Source: the human T2T-CHM13v2.0 reference genome, Homo sapiens
Direction: 5' to 3' (one strand)
NCBI RefSeq assembly: GCF_009914755.1
Contig: NC_060941.1
DNA length: 64,000 nt
Made by a program: the position numbers and the translations under genes. Numbering within the stretch: position 1 is the first letter of the stretch; each line of letters opens with the position of its first letter. Shown here one piece after another: positions 43,500 through 58,405 of this stretch. The notes under the pieces were generated by a model. It saw only the letters and a program-made list of their open reading frames with translations, searched no databases and was not told the origin of the DNA.

Positions 43500-43845
43500 A
43501 AAAAGATGGTATAAAGTAGTCAATTGTAAATAGGTTTCAAAATGTTGTAAGTGGAGGGATGATGGAGAAGGTAAAAAAAAAAAAGGCTTTTTGGAGAAGG
43601 TATGATTTGAGCTGACTTTGTGGGAAAGTAGGATTGAATCTTTAAATGTGGCTCTAAAAGTGGTTTTATGCAGCAGGAACAACACAAAGGAAAAATTGGA
43701 GGCCGGAAAGTTGGATCCTGGATGTGAAGGGAGGTAATAAAAGAGAAGACTGAAAAAGTAGAATAGCCTCTGCATAGCGGACTTAGGATGCCAGGCCTGA
43801 GAGTGGACTTCCTTTGGTAAAGCAAGAGGAAGCCATTAAAAAGTT
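43500..43845 (-). mobile_element. L2 fragment
   Basis: aggctttttggagaaggtatgatttgagctga..tgccaggcctgagagtggactt..ggaagccattaaaaagt. Confidence 0.55.
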
Positions 43846-43905
43846 ATCTTTTTTACATAGCTGTCAAATAATAATAAGTTAACATGTATTGAAAGGTTAC
43901 CATAC

Positions 43906-44459
43906 TGAGAGGTGAAGCCAGCTGGACTTCTGGGTAGAGTGGGGACTTGGAGAACTTTTCTGTCTTACAAGAGGATTGTAAAACACACCAATCAGCACTC
44001 TGCAGCTAGCAAGGGGATTGTAACATGTACCAATCAGCACTCTGTAGCTAGCAAAGGATCGTAAAATGCACCAATCAGCGCTCTGTAAAGCACACCAATC
44101 AGTGCTCTGTAAAATGCCCCAATCAGTGCTCTGTAAAATGCACCAATCAGGATCCTAAAAGTAGCCAATCGCAAGGAGGATTGAAAAAAGGGCATTCTGA
44201 TAGGACAGAAACGGAACATGGGTGGGGACAAATAAAGGAATAAAAGCTGGCCATCCCCGCCAGCAGCGGCAACCCACTGAGGCCCCCTAGCAGGCTGTGG
44301 AAGCTGGTTCTTTTGCTCTTCACAATAAATCTTGTGGCTGCTCACTGTTTGGGTCCTTGCCACCTTTAAGAGCTGTAACACTCACCTCGAAGGTCCGCAG
44401 CTTCATTCTTGAAGTCAGCAAGACCCTGAATCCACTGGCAGGAACCAGCTCTGGATACA
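43906..44459 (+). mobile_element. Solo LTR, ERV9/ERV1 family (LTR12F-like)
   Basis: TG...CA termini (tgagaggtgaagccagctggac...ggataca), tandem ccaatcag repeats, TATA-like aataaaag (44239), poly(A) signal aataaa (44324), 4-bp TSD atac/gtac; inserted in a minus-strand MIR. Confidence 0.92.
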
Positions 44460-44812
44460 GTACGTGGGACACTGAATACTCAAAATAATTCTGGAAGAAA
44501 ATAGAGACTCAGAGAAACGAAGTAACTTTCCCAAGACTGCTCAGCCCATAAGCAGCAGAGTCACGATTGAAATCTGGACTGACCGTAGACCACCAGCTCT
44601 TAACTGCTTTTTGTATTACTCTCTATTCCTTTTAAATTGGCTGACTTTATGATCATAATGCAAAATAGATTAGCCATATTTTTATATGGAGGCAGGAAGC
44701 TTGACTCTAATGGATCACCCATATTCCTGAATTGGATGATGATGGTAAAGAGAATTGCTTTACAGGGGTGATTTTTATGTTGGAGAAGATACAGTTATGA
44801 TCACCACCCTGA

Positions 44813-45327
<515 letters not shown>

Positions 45328-46911
45328 ACAAGAGTATTTCTGCTTGACCAATTCCATCATAATGAGATAATCTGCCCTCATAGCTATTTCTGACAGTGAT
45401 TTATGGTAGTGCAGAGCTGGCTTTGGCAGGTCTTATGTCTTTATGGCCTTGCTTTTTCTGAGCGACACATTTGCTACCATTGGTGTATGGCTCTCCATTT
45501 CCCAGTTTCCACGGGGTGTCTTCACCGTATTCTTATCCTCTGCTGACCCTGCTGCTGTCTTGTTTTCTTTCCTGTCCTCTTTGATATACTCTGTTATTGT
45601 AAGCCAGGCTTGTGGCTTCTGGGAGGGGTGATTGGCAGGGTCAGTCAGACATAAGCACTGAAACGTGTGTCCCAGAGGTGGAAGCCAAATTTCCTCTCAG
45701 GGCCCTGAGGCTAACCTCCTGTGATGGCTTCATGGCTAGAAATAGCAAAAATCGAAATGGATATTGCAGATAGTCCAGACAAGCAAACAGAAGTCCAAAA
45801 TGCTTGGGTACCTAAGATTTTTTTAATTTGTTCGTGTATATTTTTAGCAATAGAAGCAATATAGCATACCTTTGAGCCAGTTTTTCCTAGGTGTGCCAGG
45901 TAGGTTGGCATTCACAGTTCTCAGGAGACAATCAGGTACTGATTTAGTGAGCTCATTTTTGAAATGCAAAAGCAAAAAGGAATAAAATAGCAGGTTACCA
46001 TAGTATAGATAGTAGGAGTTGATTGGCACCAACATCTTTATTTAGTTTGGGTTAGAACAGATTCTCTGCATATCAGATTTGAAGAGAAGATCTTAGTTTT
46101 TATAGCAGTACCATCAAAGATAGTTATATATCCAAGAGGAAAGCCTGAGTTTGAAATAATGATTAGCTCTACAGATTTTCAGCTTTTTGTTTTGGGGTTT
46201 TTTGTTTTGTTTTTAATTCAATTTGCAAAGCCTCTAGCAGATAGTTCTGAAACCTTTGTGAACGCTTTCTGTAACTTATGAAGCTTTTGGAAATTTGGTC
46301 TAGTGATGAGTAATTCTTTCTTTCTGACGTTAATCATTTGCATTTTATCAGTGGCTCCAAGATTAATATAAAAAGAGAACTTCATTTACTCTGAGTGATC
46401 ATGTTTCAATGTGTTAATGTTTTAGGAGTAGCAGAGGATAACATGCAACTGTTAAGATCTAGATCATGCTAAAAGTATTAAAGTTGGCTTTCAGAGATTA
46501 GTTTTTTCCTACTTAAAATTAAGAACTTAAAGATTTTAATCAAGATAATCCTAAAATGTCTTAAGGTGCAACTTATTCTGGAGTTGATACCAGTTGGAAT
46601 AGTAAAGACCAAAGGAGAAATTGTGAGTTAATGTTTACTTTTTTATTACTATTTTAATCAAATGGCTTTACAACTTGACCTTTTAAATGTGAATATATTT
46701 TTTTAAAAGAACACTCAGGTATGTGAAGCCATAATTGTTGTGTTGGAAGTTCTCAGCCCTAAAAGTTCTGCACTTGAATGTTAAATATATGTGTGATAAA
46801 AATATTTTGATTGGGGTTTTCTGTGTGGGCATTTACATTCTCCTGGTGACAGGTGTTTTGGTGAAGAGAAAAGCATCTTGTAGATGTTTGAGATCTGTAA
46901 CCGTGCTGTCT

Positions 46912-46944
46912 CAACAGCAGCAGCAGCAGCAGCAGGAGGAGGAG
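46912..46944. repeat. CAA(CAG)7(GAG)3 trinucleotide repeat
   Basis: Direct reading; abuts a MIR 3' end. Confidence 0.95.
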
Positions 46945-47145
46945 CTACCATTTATTGAATGCCTGCTCTATCATAGGCACTCCTCTAGGCACTCTACAGA
47001 CATAATTTCTTCTACTTACAACCATCCTGGCGGGTAGAATAGTATTTTTATTTCACAGATTCAAAAACAGCCTAAGAGAAGATAAGTGGTAGGGACAGGC
47101 TTTGAACTCAGGTTTCTCTGATTCCAAGGTCCATATTCTTTTCAC
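46945..47145 (-). mobile_element. MIR
   Basis: ccatttattgaatgcct..atttcacagat..ggctttgaactcaggtttctctgattccaagg. Confidence 0.75.
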
Positions 47146-47147
47146 TA

Positions 47148-47495
<348 letters not shown>

Positions 47496-48237
47496 TTATC
47501 TGAGACTTATCAGCCTTAGCACACATACACTAAAAAGTTTAAAACAGATTTTATGTTATTCACTAGAACAGATTCATTTACCTATATCATTGAGCCCTAT
47601 AACTAAAGGGTCCATTTCTTTTAAATTGATCTCAGACACACAGAAGTATATCTTAACTAAAACTTTCTTCCCGAAAAGAAGCATTTTTAAAAGGTACCAA
47701 GGGCTGTTATTCTTAGAATGATTTGATGAAATCAAAGACAAAAATAGTTTAGGCTTTTGATTAGATTTCAATATGCCACTCTTACTGGGGAGCTTTCTCT
47801 TGTTTGGGCATGACAGGATTTTTGCCATGAGAAACCTTCTAGAGCTTCCGCCCCCTCAGTTCTCACTCTCCGTCACTTACCCTTCAAAAGACTCTGAATA
47901 GCAATTACAATACAGTTAAGCTTTCTTTGGGGGACCCTCATATAGTGGGCACACTGAATATGTGGATTTAATATTAGAGGCTTGACTATTTGAATGTGAT
48001 TGCAAAAGTCAGTGAGGACTCTGTTATTACTACGAATTTGTAGGTTGGTATTTAGCTTAGCAAGTGATGAAGCTAGTGAGTGAGCCTGTTTACCACCAAG
48101 TACCCACGTCTTCCTTTGGCTCTGTTGTCCTCTGCTTGTTTCATCTTGTGACTTAAAACACACACACCTTAGCCAACTGTTTATGCTAATGATGAAAGAG
48201 AAGTCAAAGTAAATAAGCTTAATAAAATAATAGTTTG

Positions 48238-48584
<347 letters not shown>

Positions 48585-48801
48585 CTATTTTTTCTCTACT
48601 AACATCATTTAACATGTAAAATAAAATTTTGTTGAATAAATGTTAAATGTTTCTGAGAAATCTGAGAGCTTTCATAATAGTATAATATTCAGGTTTTTTC
48701 TTGTTTGTTTGTTGTTTACTAAAGAGGAATCATTTCTCAGTGTTAAGTATATCTGGGACCAGAAATGGCTCTTGTTATCCAAGGTAAAGAATCCAAACAT
48801 T

Positions 48802-49100
<299 letters not shown>

Positions 49101-49675
49101 AATCCAAACATCAGGAAGACAGTGTAAATATCAGGGTCTGACCTAAAGGAGACCTTGAGATGTGTGCTGGTTAGCCCTTTGACAAGTCTCACAGTACCTT
49201 AAAACACATATTTATAGTGAGGTTTGAGTAACTTGGAAGTCTATTTTAGACCAAATACACGTTTGGTTAATGTTGCTAGGCATAGAGTGTAGCCCTCCTC
49301 CCTTCATATGAGATCCTTTAGACGTGACAAGACCCGCCTGTGATGCCTAGACCCTTCTCCCATTTAGAAGGACATCACTGAATGCAAATTTGCAAAAAGC
49401 TATGGCAGAACCTGTGGTTAAAATCTCATAAGATTCAAAGAGTCTGGAATTTAAGAAGCTAAGGGAAAATATATGTCCAGAGCCTATCTTCTACCAGTCA
49501 GCCTTGTTTTTGCTTACATAAGTTTATTCTTTTTCTGAGCCAATGTTGAATTGAAGTAATAGTGATCACAGCTTATCACAGTTCTCTAAAGATTATTGCC
49601 TCCTTCACTGCCTTCATGAATTAACACCAATTTCTTCCAAATGGAATTCTTTAAAAAAAAAACAAAAAAACCCAA

Positions 49676-50365
<690 letters not shown>

Positions 50366-50593
50366 TCATAAGTGTGTCTCAAGAAAATATAAAGACAGTA
50401 TAAGAAGACTTAGAATTGAGTACAGTTTGATTGAATCAAGGGTAATCACCATTATCCTGATTTTCAGGACTTTCATTCACTTCCTTCATGTAGCACAGTT
50501 CCCTGCCAGAAATATCCATCATGGACGAAGTGACTGCTAGAGACTTCAGGGAAAATAATAACTTATAACTATTTTATGTAGTTGAGGGATGAG

Positions 50594-50863
50594 TGTTTTG
50601 GTTCTTTCCTAAAGAGTTGGAATCTGCTCTGTCAACCAGGCTGGAGTGCGCTGGTATGACCATAGGTCTCTGCAGCCTCAAACTCCTAGGCTCAAGCAGC
50701 CCTCCCACCTGGGCCTCCCAAGTAGCTGGGAATATCAGTGTGCACTACCACAACCTGCTAATTTTTTAAGTTTTTTTTTTCAAGAGACAGAGTCTTGCTA
50801 TGTTGCCCCAGCTGGTCCTGAACTCCTGGCCTCAAGTGATTCTCCCTGTCTCAGCCTCCCAAA
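50594..50863 (-). mobile_element. 5'-truncated AluJ
   Basis: Divergent J arms; TSD gggatgagt on both sides. Confidence 0.82.
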
Positions 50864-51390
50864 GGGATGAGTTTTAATATGCTAATTACTTCAAGTTTTA
50901 AAAGAATAATATGTCAAATTAAAGCATTTTTAAACCTCTTTTTTTAACTCAAGTAATACATATTTATTATTTAAAAAGCTTAAGAAAAAACAGAAGAAAA
51001 AAGAAAACTAAAATCACTTGTAATTTCCTTACCTACAGTTAACAACTATTAACATTATGGTATTTATTAAGATTCCTCTATGCATTTGTATACACACATA
51101 TATACGCTATTGTTTGTAAAATGAAATCACACTGAGCTTATTTACCATTAGGTAATGAGTCTTACCTGTCCAGTAATGAATGTGTTTTCCTTTGCTTTTT
51201 TACTTAGCACTATATTGTGAATATCATGAACAAAGACAGTTTGGAAACAGGGTGACTAGAAGTCAACAAAAATATGTGTTACAAAAGAATAACAATAGGT
51301 AAAATTCAGAGTATTATTTTAATTTACTGTTAAAATTACCCAAATCTCACATACTTTATTCAGTCTATATTTTTAAAAATTGGATATATA

Positions 51391-51694
51391 GGCCCGGCGC
51401 GGTGGCTCATGCCTGTAATCCCAGCACTTTGGGAGGCCAAAGCGGGCGGATCACGAGGTCAGGAGATCGAGACCATCCTGGCTAACACGGTGAAACTTCA
51501 TCTCTACTAAAAATACAAAAAATTAGCAGGGCGTGGTGGTGGGCACCTGTAGTCCCAGTTACTTGGGAGAATGAGGCAGGAGAATGGCATGAACCCAGGA
51601 GGCAGAGCTTGCAGTGAGCCGAGATCGCGCCACTGTACCCCAGCCTGAGCAACAGAGTGAGACTCCGTCTCAAAAAAAATAAATAAATAAAAAA
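51391..51694 (+). mobile_element. Full-length AluY
   Basis: gatcgagaccatcctggctaacacgg, gaatggcatgaa, gagcttgcag; TSD ggatatata. Confidence 0.94.
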
Positions 51695-51807
51695 GGATAT
51701 ATAGGGAAGGAGCAATTTTTTAAAGATTTAACTGCAATTGCATAGTATTTTGTGATTTCATTATTCATCTTTCTAAATGTGGTGTAATAGACTATAATTT
51801 TAGTAAG

Positions 51808-52180
51808 TGTATCAGTCCATTCTCACGCTGCTGTAAGGACATAGCCGAGACTGGGTAATTTATAAAGGAAAGAGGTTTAATGGACTCACTGTTCTGCATG
51901 GCTGGGGAGGCCTCAGGAAACTTAAAATCGTGGCGGAAGGGGAAGCAAACACGTCCTTCTTCACGTGGTTGCAGAGAGAAGAATGAGTGCCCAGTGAAGG
52001 GGGAAGCCCCTTAGAAAACCATCAGATCTCGTGAGAACCAACTCACTAAAACAAGAACAGGATGGGGAAACTGCCCCCATGATTCAATTATCTCCACCTG
52101 GTCCCTCCCAGGACACATGGGGATTATGGGAACTACAAGTCAAGATGAGATTTGGGTGGAGACACAGCCAAACGATATCA
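51808..52180 (-). mobile_element. Solo THE1 (THE1C/D-like) MaLR LTR
   Basis: tgtatcagtccattctcacgctgct...gacacagccaaacgatatca; perfect 5-bp TSD gtaag (51803-51807, 52181-52185). Confidence 0.93.
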
Positions 52181-52189
52181 GTAAGTATT

Positions 52190-52323
52190 TATTTTTATTT
52201 ATTTTTTAGAGACAGGGTCTTGTTATGTTGCCAAGGCTGGATTCAACTCCTGGGCTCAAGTGATCCTCTCACCTCAGCCCCCCGAGAAGCTGGTACTACA
52301 GGCATGTACTACCACACTCGGCT
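52190..52323 (-). mobile_element. FLAM-like Alu monomer
   Basis: gagacagggtcttgttatgttgccaaggctgg..ctcctgggctcaagtgatcctc..actacaggcatg. Confidence 0.82.
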
Positions 52324-53007
52324 TAATTTTAGGAAGTATTTAAGCAAATATTATTGAGCTGTATAACACTGTTCATTTTAAAAAGTGAAAAGTTGTTTCC
52401 AAACAATGTGTCAATTAGTTTTTCTCTTTGGTAGAAAAATTGTATATGTTCAAATCAAAGTTGTAGAAGTACCTCCCTGCCTAACATTCAGGTGGTTTCA
52501 GATGGTAGGCTTTAACATAACAAGATGAGCTATTGGGCTCTCAGAAAAAGCAGTTCCTAAGGGAGCACCTACATTTAGTACTTCTTTTTCATGTTAATGA
52601 AGTTCTGTCTCATTGAAAGAAAAAAAAAGAGATTGTTGTTGAGTGGAGGTACCTACTGCCTAGTGCAAAGTCAGGAAGGCTGTGGAGCTGATGGGCAGCT
52701 CTTCAGAATCCAGGGGTCCATTATTGGTGCACTCAGCGTGAGGCTGAAGCTGGAAGGTCACCTCCTCTAACGTGAATAAAACTGAAGCTGTGAGAGCTCA
52801 GGTGATCCACCCAGGGTTCCACAGTGATTGGGAGGGCTGAGACTTTAGAATTCTGCCTTCTAACACCCAGATTTGGCCTACCTCACACACTGACAGGAAT
52901 TCTCTTCTATCCTGGGAGAGTCTTACAACTATCACGACCTCATAACTGATCTAAGATGGCTTTCTGGAGATGGTCAAGTCAGGAATAGCTTTTAAATAGG
53001 TTGCTAT

Positions 53008-53307
53008 GGCCGGGTACAGTGGCTCACGCTTGTAATCCCAGCACTTTGGGAGGCTGAGGCAGGCAGATGGCTTGAGTCCAGGAGTTCAAGACCAGCCTGG
53101 GCAACATGACGAAACCCCATCTCTACAAAAAATACAAAAATTAGCCAGTCATGGTGGCATGTGCCTGTAGTCCCAGCTATTGAGGAGGCTGAGGCGAGAG
53201 GACCACAGAAGCAGAGGTTGCTAAGACTCGAGATGGTGCCACTGCACACCAGCCTGGGTAACAGAGCAAGACTGTCTCAGAAAAAAAAAAAAAAAAAAAA
53301 AAAAAAA
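53008..53307 (+). mobile_element. AluJb-like with short right-arm deletion
   Basis: gcttgagtccagg, ctgggcaacat; right arm lacks the ttgagccc segment. Confidence 0.88.
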
Positions 53308-53599
53308 GATTTATGTTGTTTCCCCCAGTCCCCTAGGTCTCTCCTTTTACTTCCGCAACCAACCAGAAGTCAATGTAGGAGCCTTGGTGTTAGGTGTGGG
53401 CTAGGGGTGGCACCTGACACGGCATCACTGGAGCCTGTGTACTGGAATTAGACCAGTTGCTACAAGTTAGCTCTGTTGGTTGTCAAGAGAATTTCCTTTT
53501 CTTTATTAAAATGCAAGTCATGCTTTTGTTTTAATACAATATCAACCATTCAGCCTTGACATGATTTAAAATGAATATGGGTAGTTTTGCCTTTGAGTG

Positions 53600-53602
<3 letters not shown>

Positions 53603-53653
<51 letters not shown>

Positions 53654-53655
53654 TG
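53603..53655. repeat. (GT)22 microsatellite with short imperfect extension
   Basis: Perfect GT run 53603-53646. Confidence 0.97.
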
Positions 53656-55705
53656 ATAACCTAATTGACAAAGCAATCATGATGTTTTCCATGAGCCTGA
53701 TGTTATCCCATCATTCGGAGACCCATTTTGTTTAATTTGTTTTTTCATATAGTTTCTGGTGGGAAAAATGCATTGCTTTAGTACCGAAATTAACTTGATT
53801 GAAATGTCTTAGACTTTATCATTTTCCAGTGGCTCAAAGGGTTATTTCCCAAGTGTTTAATTTTTTAAGTACAGTGTATATTAATTTCACTGCTACTTTC
53901 TGACATTCATCATTCCATGAGAAATTATCACAGATGAATACATCAGACTTTTATTTACACTCCAATTCCTACTCAATGTAAAGTTATTTAACTTTGACGA
54001 TAGCATGCAAATTTGATAAAGATGAGGTTTTTAAAAACCTGAACCATTTATTGATTTGCTAAGTATAATTTTCACATTTTTCTTATAGTATTCTATAATA
54101 CATCTTTCAGAAGGAAAACACTTGAAAACTAGTATAATCTTCAGGAACCGTTCAATCAGAAATAATGAGTGGAGAGGTCACTTATCAAAAATATATTGTT
54201 TAAAATACTTATATTTAAGTATTTCTAGTCTTTGAGGTAAAAAGTTCTGCCACAAAAAGTATGGATTCATTGGGCTTCTGAATTCTGTACATGTCACGAT
54301 TTTTGCTCTTGGGCTAAAGATAGAAAGTAAAATAAAATGTTCTTTGTCCATTTAGTTATCCTTGACTCCATGAAATTCTCCAAAGTAATTACTGGTGACC
54401 ACAATACCACCTACCAGCAAGAGCAGCATTGACCATGTGCCAAGTCCCTTATTGCCGACCACAGCTGCTCTTGACTACAGCAGATGTTTCTTCTTTTGAC
54501 TTGGCAGTAAAATTTTATTAAGCAGTTTTGCAAGTAGAGAGCAGCATACTCTACCTGATGAGTGGCTGGAGATCTTAGCCCTTTTGTGCAATCAGCTTAG
54601 TTTTCTCCTATCTACCATCAGGCCCCCGCCTCTAGGTTCCTTGGATCTCACCAACCAGGCCTCAGGCCTTGTAAACTGCAGTCCTCTTGGGTTTGCTTCC
54701 CTACCCACCCATGTAATTTTCCCAAAGAAAATAATGTTAGAAGAGCAGCCGCACTTGTGGTTACAACTTGCGGCATTGAAAGGCTGTCACATTGGAACTT
54801 TGTTCCTACCAGTTGTGGGTTTACAAAAAGGAGTTGGGGTACTTTGTTGGGATGTTTTGTTAGGATGCTTTTCTGAATTTTTCCACATCTCTTTGGTTTG
54901 GATGTTGACTTGGAAATCTCTTTTGAATTAGCTTCTTTTGGAGAGCTTTCTGCTTTTCTGAGCACTTCTTGGATCCTTTCCCCAACAAAGCCACCAAGGG
55001 AACTTCTTCTGATCCTATCTCTTTTGTAGGTGGTACCCTATTTGAGTCCTTCTGAAGACTGGAGCACATAAAGGCCTGATTTTTTCTTCTGAGTTGGATT
55101 GGATGGTTTAACATAATTTGTCTCTATGTTTTCTGTCTTGGGTAAAGGAATATATTTGTGAATTGTGGCTGATACTACTTTAAAAAATTCCAAAAAGAAA
55201 ATCTAAAGGACCATTCCTATGATTATTGCAACCCATTTCTCAGGTCTTTCAAAGAAAACAACTCGTAAAGATACTGGCAGTTGAAGGTCTAAGTCCCAGC
55301 CTGGCATGAATTCCCAGAGAGCCTTGGGCCTTGGGAGGAGGGCTAATATACAAGATTAGAGTGCAAAGTCCATCTGGTGAGAATTTGTCTGGTTTGTGCT
55401 TCCTCAGCAGGGAGGAAGTAGCAGTGACCTCAGTCCTGAATGGTTATTTCAGAAGTGTATCATGGTGGGAATTTAGCCAGCTTTGTGGCAGATGACCAAC
55501 CCTGATAGCCTGATTTTTAAGGCCCCTAACACAAATGATACCAGGACTTCTTTGAATATTCTATTTAGTCTGTACTAGGACACATAGGACAAGATGAGCG
55601 ACTATTTTAGACCTGTAGGTCAAGAGGTTTGAAGCAGTATATTCACCTTTTACACTTCAAACCACTTGGAGTATCTTAAAGAAGTAGTATACTGTCAAAT
55701 ACTTA

Positions 55706-56127
<422 letters not shown>

Positions 56128-57529
56128 AGAAACTTGAAAATAATACCAGCACTGCTAGAGTGGGTATTTGGCTCAGTTCAGGCCTGTGCCTTTTTTTGAT
56201 GTTCCCAGAGCAGAGCACTCCTTAAACTAGGATGAGAAAAGTTAATTTTAATCCTCCAAAGGCTTATTTGCTAGCACAAAAGGTCATGAAACACACCCAA
56301 AACTATATTGCTAAAATCTGAAGGAGAGAGATCTCAACAGCAGAGATGGACTCTAGTGTCCCAACATAGAATTGTGTCTCTGGCTGAAGAAATAGTTTGT
56401 TTTAGGAACGCCAATACAAAAGCTACAGAATGGAAGAGTTTTCCCTTAACTGATCTAAGGGAAAATTCTTTTTCTCGTGTTGTTTTAGGAAGCTCAGAAT
56501 TATTTAGAAATACTTGTGAAATCATGGTCACAGGAGTTATTTCCAAGGATGTTTAAGTAGCTGCTCTCTGCCCATTATTTTGATAATTACTACACCTTAA
56601 TCTGTTATCTGTCAAAAGGGAAAAAACTTTCTGTTATCTACCTGATAGACCCATGGAATACAAAAAAAATGTGATGACCCAATCACATTTAAAGCTTTTA
56701 AAGCTCCCTTTTGAGATGATTTCTTAGGGTACTAAAATATCACCTGCCCCAGAGTTTACAAATCAGAAATTGAATGAGGCAGGCTTAAAGAGGATCAGAA
56801 AACAAGATACCAAATAAGAGCAGCCATTGTAAAACTAGAGAAGGTTACGAAATGGCCCTGCTTTTCTATAAGGAAGGTCGAAGACACCAGGCCCCTTGCC
56901 CTGGGTTTGTCTGGTGGAAGTTTAAGGAAAGTTCATACCCTGGGCCCAGTAGAGAGCTTTGCCTTCATAATTGTCTGCATATGATTTGACAAACATAAGA
57001 CCTCAGTGTTCCTAGATCGTTTATCCCCCTCAGCAATGTGCTAAATATGAAGTAAAAGGTTACCAAAGGGAGGATAGGGAAGAAAACCTAATTACCAATC
57101 CTGGTAATTTTAAACATGAGAAGATTTATAAACAACGGCTTCTTCATACACTTGTGAGTTCTGACATGTTGTGAAAATAGGACCTGCTAAGCCATTGAAA
57201 GGATTTTCAATATATTGTACGAGATGGAAAGAGGACCCAGAGAAGGCTTGTTTTTCATTTTAAAGAGTTGCTTTAGAAACCAAGGTTGTAACTGAGCACT
57301 GCTCTGTGCTGTATCAAGCCATAATATCCAGTGAGTCATGAAGGCATTAGGGAAGCACTGGAGACATCATAAGAAACATTTGAGTTAATGTTTGAGATAA
57401 GGAAGATGATTATCTCTAAAAAGAAACTGAAATTAAGGGGCACAGTCTCCCGTTTTCGGACAGCTAAAAGGCATTCTTTTCAGTGATCTCTCCTTTACTA
57501 ACCCATGTACATGCTGTGAGTATGTGACC

Positions 57530-57690
57530 TAGAAACCAGGCTTTTTTAAGCTGAGCTCTGGACACTTGTAGACTGAGACCTTGGGCGAGTTATTGCCCAC
57601 CTTGGCTTCAGCTTCCTCACCTGAAAACGAGTGATCAACCAGGTAATCTTTATGGGGCCCTTCTGGCCCAAGGACTCTATCAGTCTGGTT
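57530..57690 (+). mobile_element. MIR
   Basis: gaccttgggcgagtta..gcttcagcttcctcacctgaaaa. Confidence 0.65.
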
Positions 57691-58069
57691 TTTGAACATT
57701 ATCCTACATTAGACAATCTCAGAAAGGTTTTATGACTTGTGGGTGCCTTTGTGGTACTTCACATGAGCGGGAGGTCTTAAGACTATGGACCCCTTGGGAG
57801 ACCAGTGTCTAATTCTACTACTTCCTCCTCCCCAAGAATTCAGATGGTGAAACACCCTCATCCCTCCAGCCCTGCCCCCAGGAAACCCTTCATTCAGAAA
57901 GGTCATTTCATTTCCTGTGAGCCAGTCTTACATCACTGGTGCAAGAATTGGGCAGTGCTTGCCCAGCTGGAAGGTGAGACATTGGAGGCCTCAGCCTGGT
58001 GTCCCAGACAGTATTTGTCAGGCTGATGATAAGCTGGTGGAGAGTCTGTTAACTCAAGGCCTGATTCTA

Positions 58070-58405
<336 letters not shown>

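Noticed and set aside
43970-44170. Regularly spaced ccaatcag repeats superficially like a repeat-spacer array
   Set aside because: Normal U3 tandem repeats of LTR12; the spacers are similar to each other, so not CRISPR-like
54584-55114. Three overlapping 84-115 aa ORFs, K/S-rich on the minus strand, possible ancient pseudogene
   Set aside because: No protein family recognised; no poly(A) or TSD of a processed pseudogene
57350-57475. Possible CR1/L3 remnant
   Set aside because: Similarity too weak to call by eye
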